Of a stretch of DNA of 64,000 nt, positions 9,064-17,081 are shown in pieces. Position 1 is the stretch's first letter. Each line of letters begins with the position of its first letter. The translations under genes and the position numbers were made by a program. The stretch comes from Candidatus Hydrothermarchaeota archaeon (GTDB lineage: Archaea > Hydrothermarchaeota > Hydrothermarchaeia > Hydrothermarchaeales > BMS3B). The notes below the pieces were generated by a model. It had not been told where the DNA came from. It did no database searches and saw only the letters and a program-made list of their open reading frames with translations. The stretch is taken from NCBI GenBank assembly GCA_015521615.1, contig WANW01000051.1, forward strand, positions 7,918 to 71,917. Reading direction: 5' to 3'.

Positions 9064-10311
9064 ATGCGCGCCTTAATTCTGGCAGCAGGCAAGGGAACGA
9101 GGCTTGAGCCGCTAACAGAGACACAGCCCAAGGCTATGCTTCCCCTGGTTGGCAAACCCCTGCTGCAGCATGTGGTGGAGGCGGTAAGAGAGGCGGGGAT
9201 TAAGGAGATTACCATAGTAACCGGCTATCTTGGCGAGGCAATACGTAGCTATTTTGGCGACGGCTCTGCACTGGGGATAAGCATTGATTACCTCACGCAG
9301 GAGCAACGCCTGGGCACAGCGCATGCAATAGCACTGGCGCGATTCGATGAGGACTTTCTGGTGCTCAACGGCGACACCCTGGTGGACAGCGAAGATATAG
9401 CCAGAATTATTGCTGCGCACCGCGGCGTTGCCACTATAGCATGCCACCGTGTTAGCGACGCTCGGGGCTACGGAGTGGTGACACTTGACAAAGACGGCAG
9501 GGTTGAGAGGATAGAGGAGAAGCCGGCTGAGCCTGAGAGTAACCTGATTAATGCAGGCATCTATGTATTCTCACCCGAAGTCTTTGAGGCTATTGAAAGG
9601 ACCCCTTTATCGCCACGAGGGGAGTATGAGATAACCACAACACTGGAGCTGCTTCTGCGCAGGGGCGAAGTGAGAGGAGTTGAAATAGCCGGAAGGTGGC
9701 TGGACATAGGCACCCCCTGGAATTACCTTGAAGCGAGCAGGGTTCTGCTTGAGGAAATGCACCACCACATTGCCGGAGAAGTTGAGGGAAGGGTGAGCAT
9801 AAGAGGAAAGGTCTACCTTGCCGAAGGCGCAGTGATAAGGTCAGGAAGCTACATAGAAGGTCCGGTCTACATAGGTGAAGGGAGTATCATCGGCCCAAAC
9901 ACCTACCTTCGTAGCTTCACCGCAATAGGCGATGGATGCAGGCTGGGCAATGCGGTGGAAGTTAAGAACTCAATAATTATGGACGGTACACACATAGCAC
10001 ACCTGAGCTATGTGGGCGATTCCATAATCGGAAGGAACTGCAATTTTGGAGCCGGAGCCAAGGTGGGCAACCTCCGCCTGGACAACGCAAATGTGAAGAT
10101 GCGCATAAAGGGGGAGCTTGTGGATACCGGCAGGCGAAAGATGGGCGCTGTCATCGGGGACAATGTAAAGTTGGGTCTGAACGTTATGATAAACGCAGGA
10201 CGAAAAATAGGCTCTGGTTCAATGATAGGCCCTGGCGTAATAGTCTACCGCGACGTGCCCAGAAACAGTTTCCTCCTGCTGAGGCAGGACCTTGAGTTGA
10301 GGGAGATGTAA
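9064..10311 (+). CDS. Sugar-1-phosphate nucleotidylyltransferase fused to a left-handed beta-helix acyltransferase (GlmU-like)
   Basis: A LILAAGKGTRL NTP-transferase motif is followed by C-terminal hexapeptide repeats. A start at 9064 avoids overlap with apgM. The track start is 9052. Confidence 0.8.
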   Translation: MRALILAAGKGTRLEPLTETQPKAMLPLVGKPLLQHVVEAVREAGIKEITIVTGYLGEAIRSYFGDGSALGISIDYLTQEQRLGTAHAIALARFDEDFLVLNGDTLVDSEDIARIIAAHRGVATIACHRVSDARGYGVVTLDKDGRVERIEEKPAEPESNLINAGIYVFSPEVFEAIERTPLSPRGEYEITTTLELLLRRGEVRGVEIAGRWLDIGTPWNYLEASRVLLEEMHHHIAGEVEGRVSIRGKVYLAEGAVIRSGSYIEGPVYIGEGSIIGPNTYLRSFTAIGDGCRLGNAVEVKNSIIMDGTHIAHLSYVGDSIIGRNCNFGAGAKVGNLRLDNANVKMRIKGELVDTGRRKMGAVIGDNVKLGLNVMINAGRKIGSGSMIGPGVIVYRDVPRNSFLLLRQDLELREM

Positions 10312-10312
10312 C

Positions 10313-10810
10313 TCATGGCGTAATCCTCTCCACCGCATAGTAGGTGACGTCGCCCTCCCCGTCTACGACCGCAAAGATCATCTTTTTCCTGACACCGTGT
10401 GCGAGGCGCACCGCGCGCGCCAACTCTGTAAAGCTTATCTCGCTATCCTCGCTCACCGCATGTACCAGATAGCGTGAGTGCTCCTTTGGAAAGGCACCAC
10501 GCTCATAAACACGAAAATGTGAGCCAAACTTGAAGCCGGTTTTCACAACATAGCCACGCTCTCGTAAGTCGCGGTAAACCGCATACCTGATCAAAAGCTC
10601 CTCCTCGTTCGCTGCCAGAAGCTCCTCATGACTTAAAGAGCGGTTTTTGCTAAACACCTCCAGCTTGCCCTTCTCCACAAGGTACAGCGCCTCAACCAGT
10701 GAGAGGTAGAGCTTGCCCTCCTTCTTCTTCCCATAGCCCTTCTGCACAAGCTGGGAAATCGCCTTCTGGTCAGAGATAATCACATACTTTTCTACAAGGT
10801 AGCCTTTCAT
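10313..10810 (-). CDS. endA: tRNA-splicing endonuclease catalytic subunit (short, homotetramer type)
   Basis: 165 aa. Architecture and composition match the EndA family. Confidence 0.7.
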   Translation of the reverse strand: MKGYLVEKYVIISDQKAISQLVQKGYGKKKEGKLYLSLVEALYLVEKGKLEVFSKNRSLSHEELLAANEEELLIRYAVYRDLRERGYVVKTGFKFGSHFRVYERGAFPKEHSRYLVHAVSEDSEISFTELARAVRLAHGVRKKMIFAVVDGEGDVTYYAVERITP

Positions 10811-10889
10811 ACAGAGATATTCTCGAGGAAAATATTTAAAAATACTCCACAGATAATTAACCCATCAATTTTTAAGGAAGGCTCTGGTT

Positions 10890-11378
10890 ATGGAGTGTGA
10901 AGTGTGCGGGCGCAAAATCTGGGGAAAGCCTGTTTCAGTGGTAATTGAGGGCACAGAAATGAAGACCTGCAAACAATGTGCACGCTTTGGCAGGGAGGCA
11001 AAGACCTGGTCACGGGTGCCGAGAAGAGAGCCCGGAAAGCCGGTTGCAGTTACCAGAAAAAGGTATCCCTATGGCGGTAAGCGCGAACCCATACTTGAGG
11101 TTGTGGAGGACTACAGCAGTATAATACGGCGCGCAAGGGAGGCGAGGAAGCTTACCCAGGAAGAGCTGGGCAGAAAGATAAATGAGAAGGTCTCTGTTAT
11201 AGCGCGCCTGGAAGCGGGTAAAATGAAGCCCAGCGTTGAAATCGCAAAAAAGCTTGAGAGGGCACTGGACATCAAAATCCTCGAGGAGATTACCGAGGAG
11301 GAAGAGTACTCCACCTCAGGCAAAGCTTCCGGAGAGCTGACAATTGGAGATATTATCAAGATAAAGAAAAAGGGGTAG
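10890..11378 (+). CDS. Archaeal MBF1-like transcription factor with an N-terminal Zn ribbon and a C-terminal HTH_XRE
   Basis: A CEVCG...CKQC ribbon is followed by a QEELGRKINEKVSVIARLE helix-turn-helix. Confidence 0.8.
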   Translation: MECEVCGRKIWGKPVSVVIEGTEMKTCKQCARFGREAKTWSRVPRREPGKPVAVTRKRYPYGGKREPILEVVEDYSSIIRRAREARKLTQEELGRKINEKVSVIARLEAGKMKPSVEIAKKLERALDIKILEEITEEEEYSTSGKASGELTIGDIIKIKKKG

Positions 11379-11383
11379 GAGAA

Positions 11384-12520
11384 ATGCTTAAGCGAGAGGA
11401 AATTCAGAAAATCGCCGCAGATTATGGCAAGGATATAACCATAGGAATTTTCGGCTCTCACTCCGCCAAGGAGATAGGCGCTGCCGCAAAGATGGCCGGT
11501 TTTCGCACAGCAATAGTGGTGCAGAAGGGCAGGGACAAGCTTTATACTGTATACAACCGCCACCTCTACGACGAGATAATAACTGTAGAGAAATTCAAGG
11601 ACATGCTCAATGAAGAGGTGCAGGAGCGCCTTCGCGAGCTGAACACCATCTTTATTCCCAACCGCTCTTTTGCAGTTTACGTGGGATACGACGGTATCGA
11701 GCGCGAGTTTCGTGTACCAATATACGGTAACCGCTTTATGCTGCGCGCAGAAGAGCGCGAGTATGAGCGGGGGCAGTACTACCTTCTTAAAAAGGCCGGG
11801 ATAAGAACGCCGAAACATTTTGAGAAGCCGGAGGATATAGACCGCCTATGCATAGTTAAGGTGCAGCAGGCCGCAAACCCCCTCGAGAGAGCCTTCTTCT
11901 ACGCCGACTCCCCGGAGGACTTTTACAAACAGGCAGAGGAACTTCTGAAGCAGGGAATAATAAGCGAGGAGACGCTGAGCAGGGCGAGAATAGAGGAGTA
12001 TGTGCTTGGTGCACGCTTCAACGCCAACTTCCATGGTTATGCGTTAGAGGATATCTTTGGCGATTTTGACCTGGTAGGCTTCTCGGACAGAAGACAGGTC
12101 AATCTGCAGGGATTCCTCAACCTTCCGGCAAAAGACCAGCTGAAGATCCGCGTGCCAGTGACAAATGAAGAGATTGGACACTTCGGTGTAACCATGCGGG
12201 AGAGCAAGCAACACCTTGTTTACGACGCAGCCTACCGCTTCCGCAGGGTGGTCGAGGAGGAGTACCCGCCGAAGATGATAGGCCCCTTTGCGCTTCAGGG
12301 GGCAATAGCATACTCACCCGAGGACAATAAAACACTGGAGTTTGTGGTCTTTGATGTCTCTCCTCGGGTGCCCGGAGACCCAGCAATGGGACCCACATCG
12401 CCGGAGATGCGCAACCTGAGCATAAAGTACGGCAGGCGAATAGAAGACCCGCTTGACCTGGCCATGATGGAAATTGGAGAAGCAATAAAGCTCGATAGAC
12501 TGGAAGAAATCGTGACGTAG
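11384..12520 (+). CDS. purP: 5-formaminoimidazole-4-carboxamide ribonucleotide synthetase (PurP)
   Basis: 378 aa. A GSHSAKEI N-terminal motif is followed by an ATP-grasp fold. Confidence 0.8.
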   Translation: MLKREEIQKIAADYGKDITIGIFGSHSAKEIGAAAKMAGFRTAIVVQKGRDKLYTVYNRHLYDEIITVEKFKDMLNEEVQERLRELNTIFIPNRSFAVYVGYDGIEREFRVPIYGNRFMLRAEEREYERGQYYLLKKAGIRTPKHFEKPEDIDRLCIVKVQQAANPLERAFFYADSPEDFYKQAEELLKQGIISEETLSRARIEEYVLGARFNANFHGYALEDIFGDFDLVGFSDRRQVNLQGFLNLPAKDQLKIRVPVTNEEIGHFGVTMRESKQHLVYDAAYRFRRVVEEEYPPKMIGPFALQGAIAYSPEDNKTLEFVVFDVSPRVPGDPAMGPTSPEMRNLSIKYGRRIEDPLDLAMMEIGEAIKLDRLEEIVT

Positions 12521-12528
12521 GTGAGGGC

Positions 12529-13614
12529 ATGCTTGAAAGAGAGGATATTCTGGAAATCTACAGGGGCTATGACAGGAGCAATATCGCTATAGCCACGCTG
12601 GGCAGCCACTCAGCGCTCCAGATTCTGAAAGGGGCGAAGGAGGAAGGCTTCAGGACAGTTGTGGTCTGCAAGCGAGACAGGGCAGAGCTATATCGCCGCT
12701 TTCGCGTAGCTGATGAAATAATAATCCTAGATAGTTATTCGGAGACGATCGCTGAGAAGACTCTGGAGAAGCTCAGAAAGCTCAACGCCCTCCTTGTGCC
12801 CCACGGTTCACTAATAGCATATGTAGGCGTGAGAAACATAGAGGAAAAGCTTCGCATACCTCTCCTTGGCAATCGCCACATACTGCGATGGGAGGCGGAC
12901 CGCAACCTTGAGAGGCAGTGGCTCACCAGAGCGGGAATAAAGATGCCAAAGGAGACAAAGGACCCCCACGATATAGACCGTCTCAGCCTGGTCAAGTTTC
13001 CTGGTGCTCGTGGCGGGAGAGGCTACTTCATAGTCGCAAGCTACAAGGACTTTAAACGCAAGGCAGAACGCCTGATACGCAAGGGAAGGATTACCCGCGA
13101 AGACCTGGAGAAGGCAACAATTCAGGAGTACATACCAGGGGTAAACATGTACCTCTCGTACTTTTACTCACCTCTCACAGATGAGGTGGAGCTGTTCGGC
13201 ATAGACCGCAGGTACGAGGCTAACATCGATGGTCTGACAAGGATACCGGCGATAGACCAGACAGAGACATATATTGAACCAAGCTATGTCGTTGTAGGCA
13301 ATGCCCCTCTCGTTGCGAGGGAATCTCTCCTGCCCAGGGTGCTTGAGATGGGCGACCGCCTGGTGGAGGTCTCCAGGGAGATAGCCCCGCCCGGAATGCT
13401 CGGCCCCTTCTGCCTTGAGACCATGGTCACTCATAACCTGGAATTCATAGCCTTTGAGATTTCAGCGCGAATCGTCGCTGGAACCAACCCCTTCATATCG
13501 GGCTCGCCCTACAGCTATCTTCTGTACGGAGATAACATGAGCATGGGCCGCAGAATTGCGAGAGAGCTGCGCCTTGCTCTAGAGCAGGAGAGGGAGGAGC
13601 TCCTCATAACATGA
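12529..13614 (+). CDS. purP: PurP paralog (FAICAR synthetase-like ATP-grasp)
   Basis: 361 aa. It carries a GSHSALQI motif and sits in tandem with the preceding gene. Confidence 0.8.
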   Translation: MLEREDILEIYRGYDRSNIAIATLGSHSALQILKGAKEEGFRTVVVCKRDRAELYRRFRVADEIIILDSYSETIAEKTLEKLRKLNALLVPHGSLIAYVGVRNIEEKLRIPLLGNRHILRWEADRNLERQWLTRAGIKMPKETKDPHDIDRLSLVKFPGARGGRGYFIVASYKDFKRKAERLIRKGRITREDLEKATIQEYIPGVNMYLSYFYSPLTDEVELFGIDRRYEANIDGLTRIPAIDQTETYIEPSYVVVGNAPLVARESLLPRVLEMGDRLVEVSREIAPPGMLGPFCLETMVTHNLEFIAFEISARIVAGTNPFISGSPYSYLLYGDNMSMGRRIARELRLALEQEREELLIT

Positions 13615-13625
13615 GGGCTTAGGGT

Positions 13626-14318
13626 ATGGCTGTGTTCAGATACCTCCTGCTGCTGCGCAGGCATGCATGGTTCCTGCTGGGCACGGGGCTTGCTTTTTTT
13701 ATACTCTTCTTCTATCTTTCTGATTTCATCATACAGCACATGAAACAGGACCTCCTCCCGGAGAGTGCAAGACTGATCGCCACCGGGATGCTTGAGACAG
13801 TGATGGTCAAGCTGCAGATAGCGCTTGTGCTCACCGGTGTGGTGATTATTCCCATTATCATCCTCATCATTCTGCGAACACTGCACTTCAGGATCAGGGC
13901 AGGCATCCTGCTATGGCTCATCGCCGCACTTGTCCTCTTCCTCTTTGGCTTTGGCTTTACCTACTTTCTGCTCTTACCAACTGCTGTGAAGGTGCTGACA
14001 GCGCTAACCACCGAGGCGGGGGTGCTCGCATACTACAGCATTAACCAGTTCATATTCTTTGCCTTCCTCACCACAGTCATATTCAGCCTGCTCTTTGAGC
14101 TGCCACTTGTGGTAACCTGGCTGGCGCTTCGCGGCTTCGTGAGCATAGAATCTCTAAAACAGAAGCGGAAATTCGTCTACGTGGGTATAGTAACCCTCGC
14201 CGCGATTATAACCGCTGACCCGACGCCGATGAGCCAGCTTCTCCTATCCTTCCCCTTAATAATACTCTACGAAATGAGTATTCTCGTAGCAAGCTTCCTA
14301 CTAAAAATCAGGGAATAA
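13626..14318 (+). CDS. tatC: Sec-independent translocase subunit TatC
   Basis: 230 aa polytopic membrane protein with a TatC-like helix pattern. Confidence 0.75.
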   Translation: MAVFRYLLLLRRHAWFLLGTGLAFFILFFYLSDFIIQHMKQDLLPESARLIATGMLETVMVKLQIALVLTGVVIIPIIILIILRTLHFRIRAGILLWLIAALVLFLFGFGFTYFLLLPTAVKVLTALTTEAGVLAYYSINQFIFFAFLTTVIFSLLFELPLVVTWLALRGFVSIESLKQKRKFVYVGIVTLAAIITADPTPMSQLLLSFPLIILYEMSILVASFLLKIRE

Positions 14319-14454
14319 GTCTCCAGTTCCCCTCCTGAAGTGACTTCTGGAGCTTCTTGAGCTTGGCCGCATCCAGGTCGTACTTCTTGAGCAACGACTC
14401 TTCTGACTTCACAAGTATGCTAATCAACTCGTCCACGCGCAGTCTCAGTTTCAT
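14308..14454 (-). CDS. Hypothetical small protein, 48 aa
   Basis: An ATG follows AAAGGAGAGAAGG. Translation is MKLRLRVDELISILVKSEESLLKKYDLDAAKLKKLQKSLQEGNWRLIP. It overlaps the tatC stop convergently by 11 nt. Confidence 0.2.
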   Translation of the reverse strand: MKLRLRVDELISILVKSEESLLKKYDLDAAKLKKLQKSLQEGNWRLIP

Positions 14455-14543
14455 CCTTCTCTCCTTTAAAATATTTTTATAATTGTTTAAGATATAACCA
14501 CAGCAAACTTTGCTGTTATATCAGGAAAAAAGGAGAGAAGGGG

Positions 14544-15104
14544 TTACGCCTCGCTTTTTGAGAGCTTGTAGTAGGCTATAGCGAATATCGCCGCCTGCAC
14601 TATGCCAACTGCAATGGGCGGAACCCCACCGAGCAGGTCATTGAGCCAGACCAGGCCATAGTCGTATCCCAGGAAGGTATACCCGGGGTAGAAGAAGGAG
14701 TAGGGGGCAATGTTGAAGAGCCAGGAGCCTGCGATTATCCCCACGAGCATGAATATTACGCTTGCAACATAGTTCCACTGTCCTTCTCCTATCCTGTAGA
14801 AGGTCGACGTAACGCAGCCTCCACCAAGGGCCATACCTATTCCGAAGATTATCCCGCCTACGAAGGTGAACCAGCCAGCAGGCACCAGGGTGGGGTTGAA
14901 TATGCCGTAGGTCAGGAAAAGTGTATAGAAAAAGGTTATTATGGCAAGCACTATCAGTGTCATCTGCAGGTTCCTAGTAATTCCAAACAGGAAGTAGTCA
15001 CGTATTGCACCTGTCATGCAGTAGCGGGAGCGCTGCACCACAAAGCCGAGCAGCAGACCGAAAATTATCGCACCGGCGTAATTTGCAAGCGTATAGTCGC
15101 TCAT
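14544..15104 (-). CDS. YeeE/YedE-family (Sulf_transp) membrane protein, one half of a split pair
   Basis: Motifs RSRYCMTGAIRD and GGGCVTST are present. Confidence 0.65.
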   Translation of the reverse strand: MSDYTLANYAGAIIFGLLLGFVVQRSRYCMTGAIRDYFLFGITRNLQMTLIVLAIITFFYTLFLTYGIFNPTLVPAGWFTFVGGIIFGIGMALGGGCVTSTFYRIGEGQWNYVASVIFMLVGIIAGSWLFNIAPYSFFYPGYTFLGYDYGLVWLNDLLGGVPPIAVGIVQAAIFAIAYYKLSKSEA

Positions 15105-15114
15105 TTACCTCACC

Positions 15115-15606
15115 TCACATTGTGCGCTCGTATATCTTTGCCCCTATGTAGGTACCAATCACCAGTCCTATCGCCGCGATGTAGCCGCCGAGGCTGAGCT
15201 GTGGCATTGAGTTCAGGAAGATGCCTATGTTGCAGGTGGTTATGAGCACTATGCCAACACCCATGAGGAAGCCACCGATTATCTGGTAATGAATGGTGGA
15301 CCTATCCCAGGTGTTTACAAACTCTCCATTTATCTTCGCAGCTATAAAGCTGCCCACCACAAAGGCAACCAGAAATATAAATACAAGCATTGGTGACTTA
15401 ATCAGAGTCCAGAAATTATTGGTGAGCAGCGAATATGCGCCTACGCTCTCAAGTATCTTGTAGTCCATCCAGCGCAGACCACCGGCAAATGCCCATGCTC
15501 TCCCATAACCAAGAGCAGGGATTACTAAAAGCACAAGTATAATCCCCAGAGCAAGACCGCCCTTCTTTTCATCCAATGGTTCATGAATAAGCTCCTTCAC
15601 TCCCAT
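15115..15606 (-). CDS. YeeE/YedE-family (Sulf_transp) membrane protein, other half of the split pair
   Basis: A TTCNIG motif is present. It is adjacent to, and co-oriented with, the partner gene. Confidence 0.65.
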   Translation of the reverse strand: MGVKELIHEPLDEKKGGLALGIILVLLVIPALGYGRAWAFAGGLRWMDYKILESVGAYSLLTNNFWTLIKSPMLVFIFLVAFVVGSFIAAKINGEFVNTWDRSTIHYQIIGGFLMGVGIVLITTCNIGIFLNSMPQLSLGGYIAAIGLVIGTYIGAKIYERTM

Positions 15607-15740
15607 CTTCTGGACCTCCTTAGGCTTGACCCGGTTTAAAACTCAAGCGAGCGCTATTTAAGTTTTTCTAAATTATGCATGGGTTTGGAAATCTCATACA
15701 CACCCGAATATTTATTATAGCGTTTTTCTATAACCAGCCT

Positions 15741-16658
15741 ATGGCGCTCCATTGCATCGCCCACAAGAAGGACCTGGACGGCCTGGGGAGCCATGCAATA
15801 GTGCGCAGGTTTGCCCGTGAGACCGGAGAGCACATAACCCATTACTTCGCCGACTACGATGACCTCGCTGAGATAATTGTAAAACTCAGCAAAGAGATAA
15901 AGGGTGAGAAGATAATTATCGCAGACCTGGGATATAACTCACGGGTGCTTTCTACAAAGGATGCACTGGCCGAGCTCTGCACAGCAAACGAGGTAACCTG
16001 GATAGACCACCATGACTGGCAGGGAGGGGAGGAGATTCTGAAGCTGAAGCTTCGCTTTATTCACAGCACAGAGCTATGTGCGGCAGAGCTGGTGCAGCGG
16101 GAGTTCATGCCCCACGACGAGGTCTCACAGGAGATTGCGCGTCTTGCCCATGCCCACGACTTTCGTGAGGAAAGTGAGCTTGCCTGGAAGCTGTACGATG
16201 TGATCTCCTCAGGCTATAACAAGCTGAGCTTTGTTGAAGCGCTTTCGCGGGGCGAGTTCTGGAATGAGGAGTTTGAGGAGGCTTACAGTAAGTACCAGCG
16301 GGCAAAGGAGAAGGGCTATGCTTATTTAGAGGAGCACATGGAAGTTTTCAATGTCAACGGCTACACCTGTGCAATGGCTCTGTCCAAGAAGTATCTGAGT
16401 TCAACCCTGGCTTCGCTCTACCTCCAGGAGAAAGGTACCGACTTTGTGATTGTGGTTTATCCGGACGGCAAGCTGAGCTTCCGCAGAAACAATCCTAAAA
16501 TAAACCTCCGAAAAATTGCCCAGCTCTTTGGTGGCGGTGGCAGAGAAGTCGCAGCAGGCGCAAAGATCGATGAGGCTGTAACAGAGGAGAACTATCCGCA
16601 GGTGTTCAGGAGCATAATAGACAGGATACTCAGAAGCGGGGTTCTTAACGGGAGCTGA
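15741..16658 (+). CDS. DHH/DHHA1-family phosphoesterase (NrnA-like)
   Basis: An ADLGY DHH region and a GGGGREVAAG DHHA1 motif are present. An ATG at 15741 (MALHCIAHKKDLDGLG) is the likely start. The track start is 15675. Confidence 0.75.
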   Translation: MALHCIAHKKDLDGLGSHAIVRRFARETGEHITHYFADYDDLAEIIVKLSKEIKGEKIIIADLGYNSRVLSTKDALAELCTANEVTWIDHHDWQGGEEILKLKLRFIHSTELCAAELVQREFMPHDEVSQEIARLAHAHDFREESELAWKLYDVISSGYNKLSFVEALSRGEFWNEEFEEAYSKYQRAKEKGYAYLEEHMEVFNVNGYTCAMALSKKYLSSTLASLYLQEKGTDFVIVVYPDGKLSFRRNNPKINLRKIAQLFGGGGREVAAGAKIDEAVTEENYPQVFRSIIDRILRSGVLNGS

Positions 16659-16698
16659 GCCTGCAAAAGGTTTTTTTACAACAACACGGAAAGAAGTA

Positions 16699-16950
16699 TT
16701 GACCATGTACAAGGATGAGGAGCTTTTGGGGAAGGAGGTTATAGATGCTTCCGGCGAACTTCTGGGCGAGGTGCTGGAGATAACCATGGTTGACGACGTT
16801 CCCTGCATGCTGGTTGGTGAGCGAAAATTCCTGGCCTCAAAGGAGCGCGTGGTGCGCTACAATGCAATCAAGGTGCCCTATTATGAGATTGCCTCTGCGG
16901 ATGATGTGATAATACTCAGAAAAAGCAGAAAAGAGATTCGTATCCTCTAG
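16699..16950 (+). CDS. PRC-barrel domain protein
   Basis: 83 aa. The GKEVIDASGELLGEVLEI pattern matches the PRC barrel. Confidence 0.55.
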   Translation: MTMYKDEELLGKEVIDASGELLGEVLEITMVDDVPCMLVGERKFLASKERVVRYNAIKVPYYEIASADDVIILRKSRKEIRIL

Positions 16951-17081
16951 CGCCTTCTCCTCAGCCTGCTTAGCAGTGCACGCTTCCTCAGCAGCCTCCT
17001 TGCATGGTATGCCAGGTTTATCAGAATCAGACCCAGTATTAGTGTCAGGAGGAGGTCAATCAGGTACTCTGTGGCCTTCAT
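16947..17081 (-). CDS. Hypothetical 44-aa membrane protein translationally coupled to the NFACT gene
   Basis: Its ATG overlaps the NFACT TGA stop (ATGA). Translation is MKATEYLIDLLLTLILGLILINLAYHARRLLRKRALLSRLRRRR, a TM helix with an Arg-rich tail. Confidence 0.25.
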   Translation of the reverse strand: MKATEYLIDLLLTLILGLILINLAYHARRLLRKRALLSRLRRRR

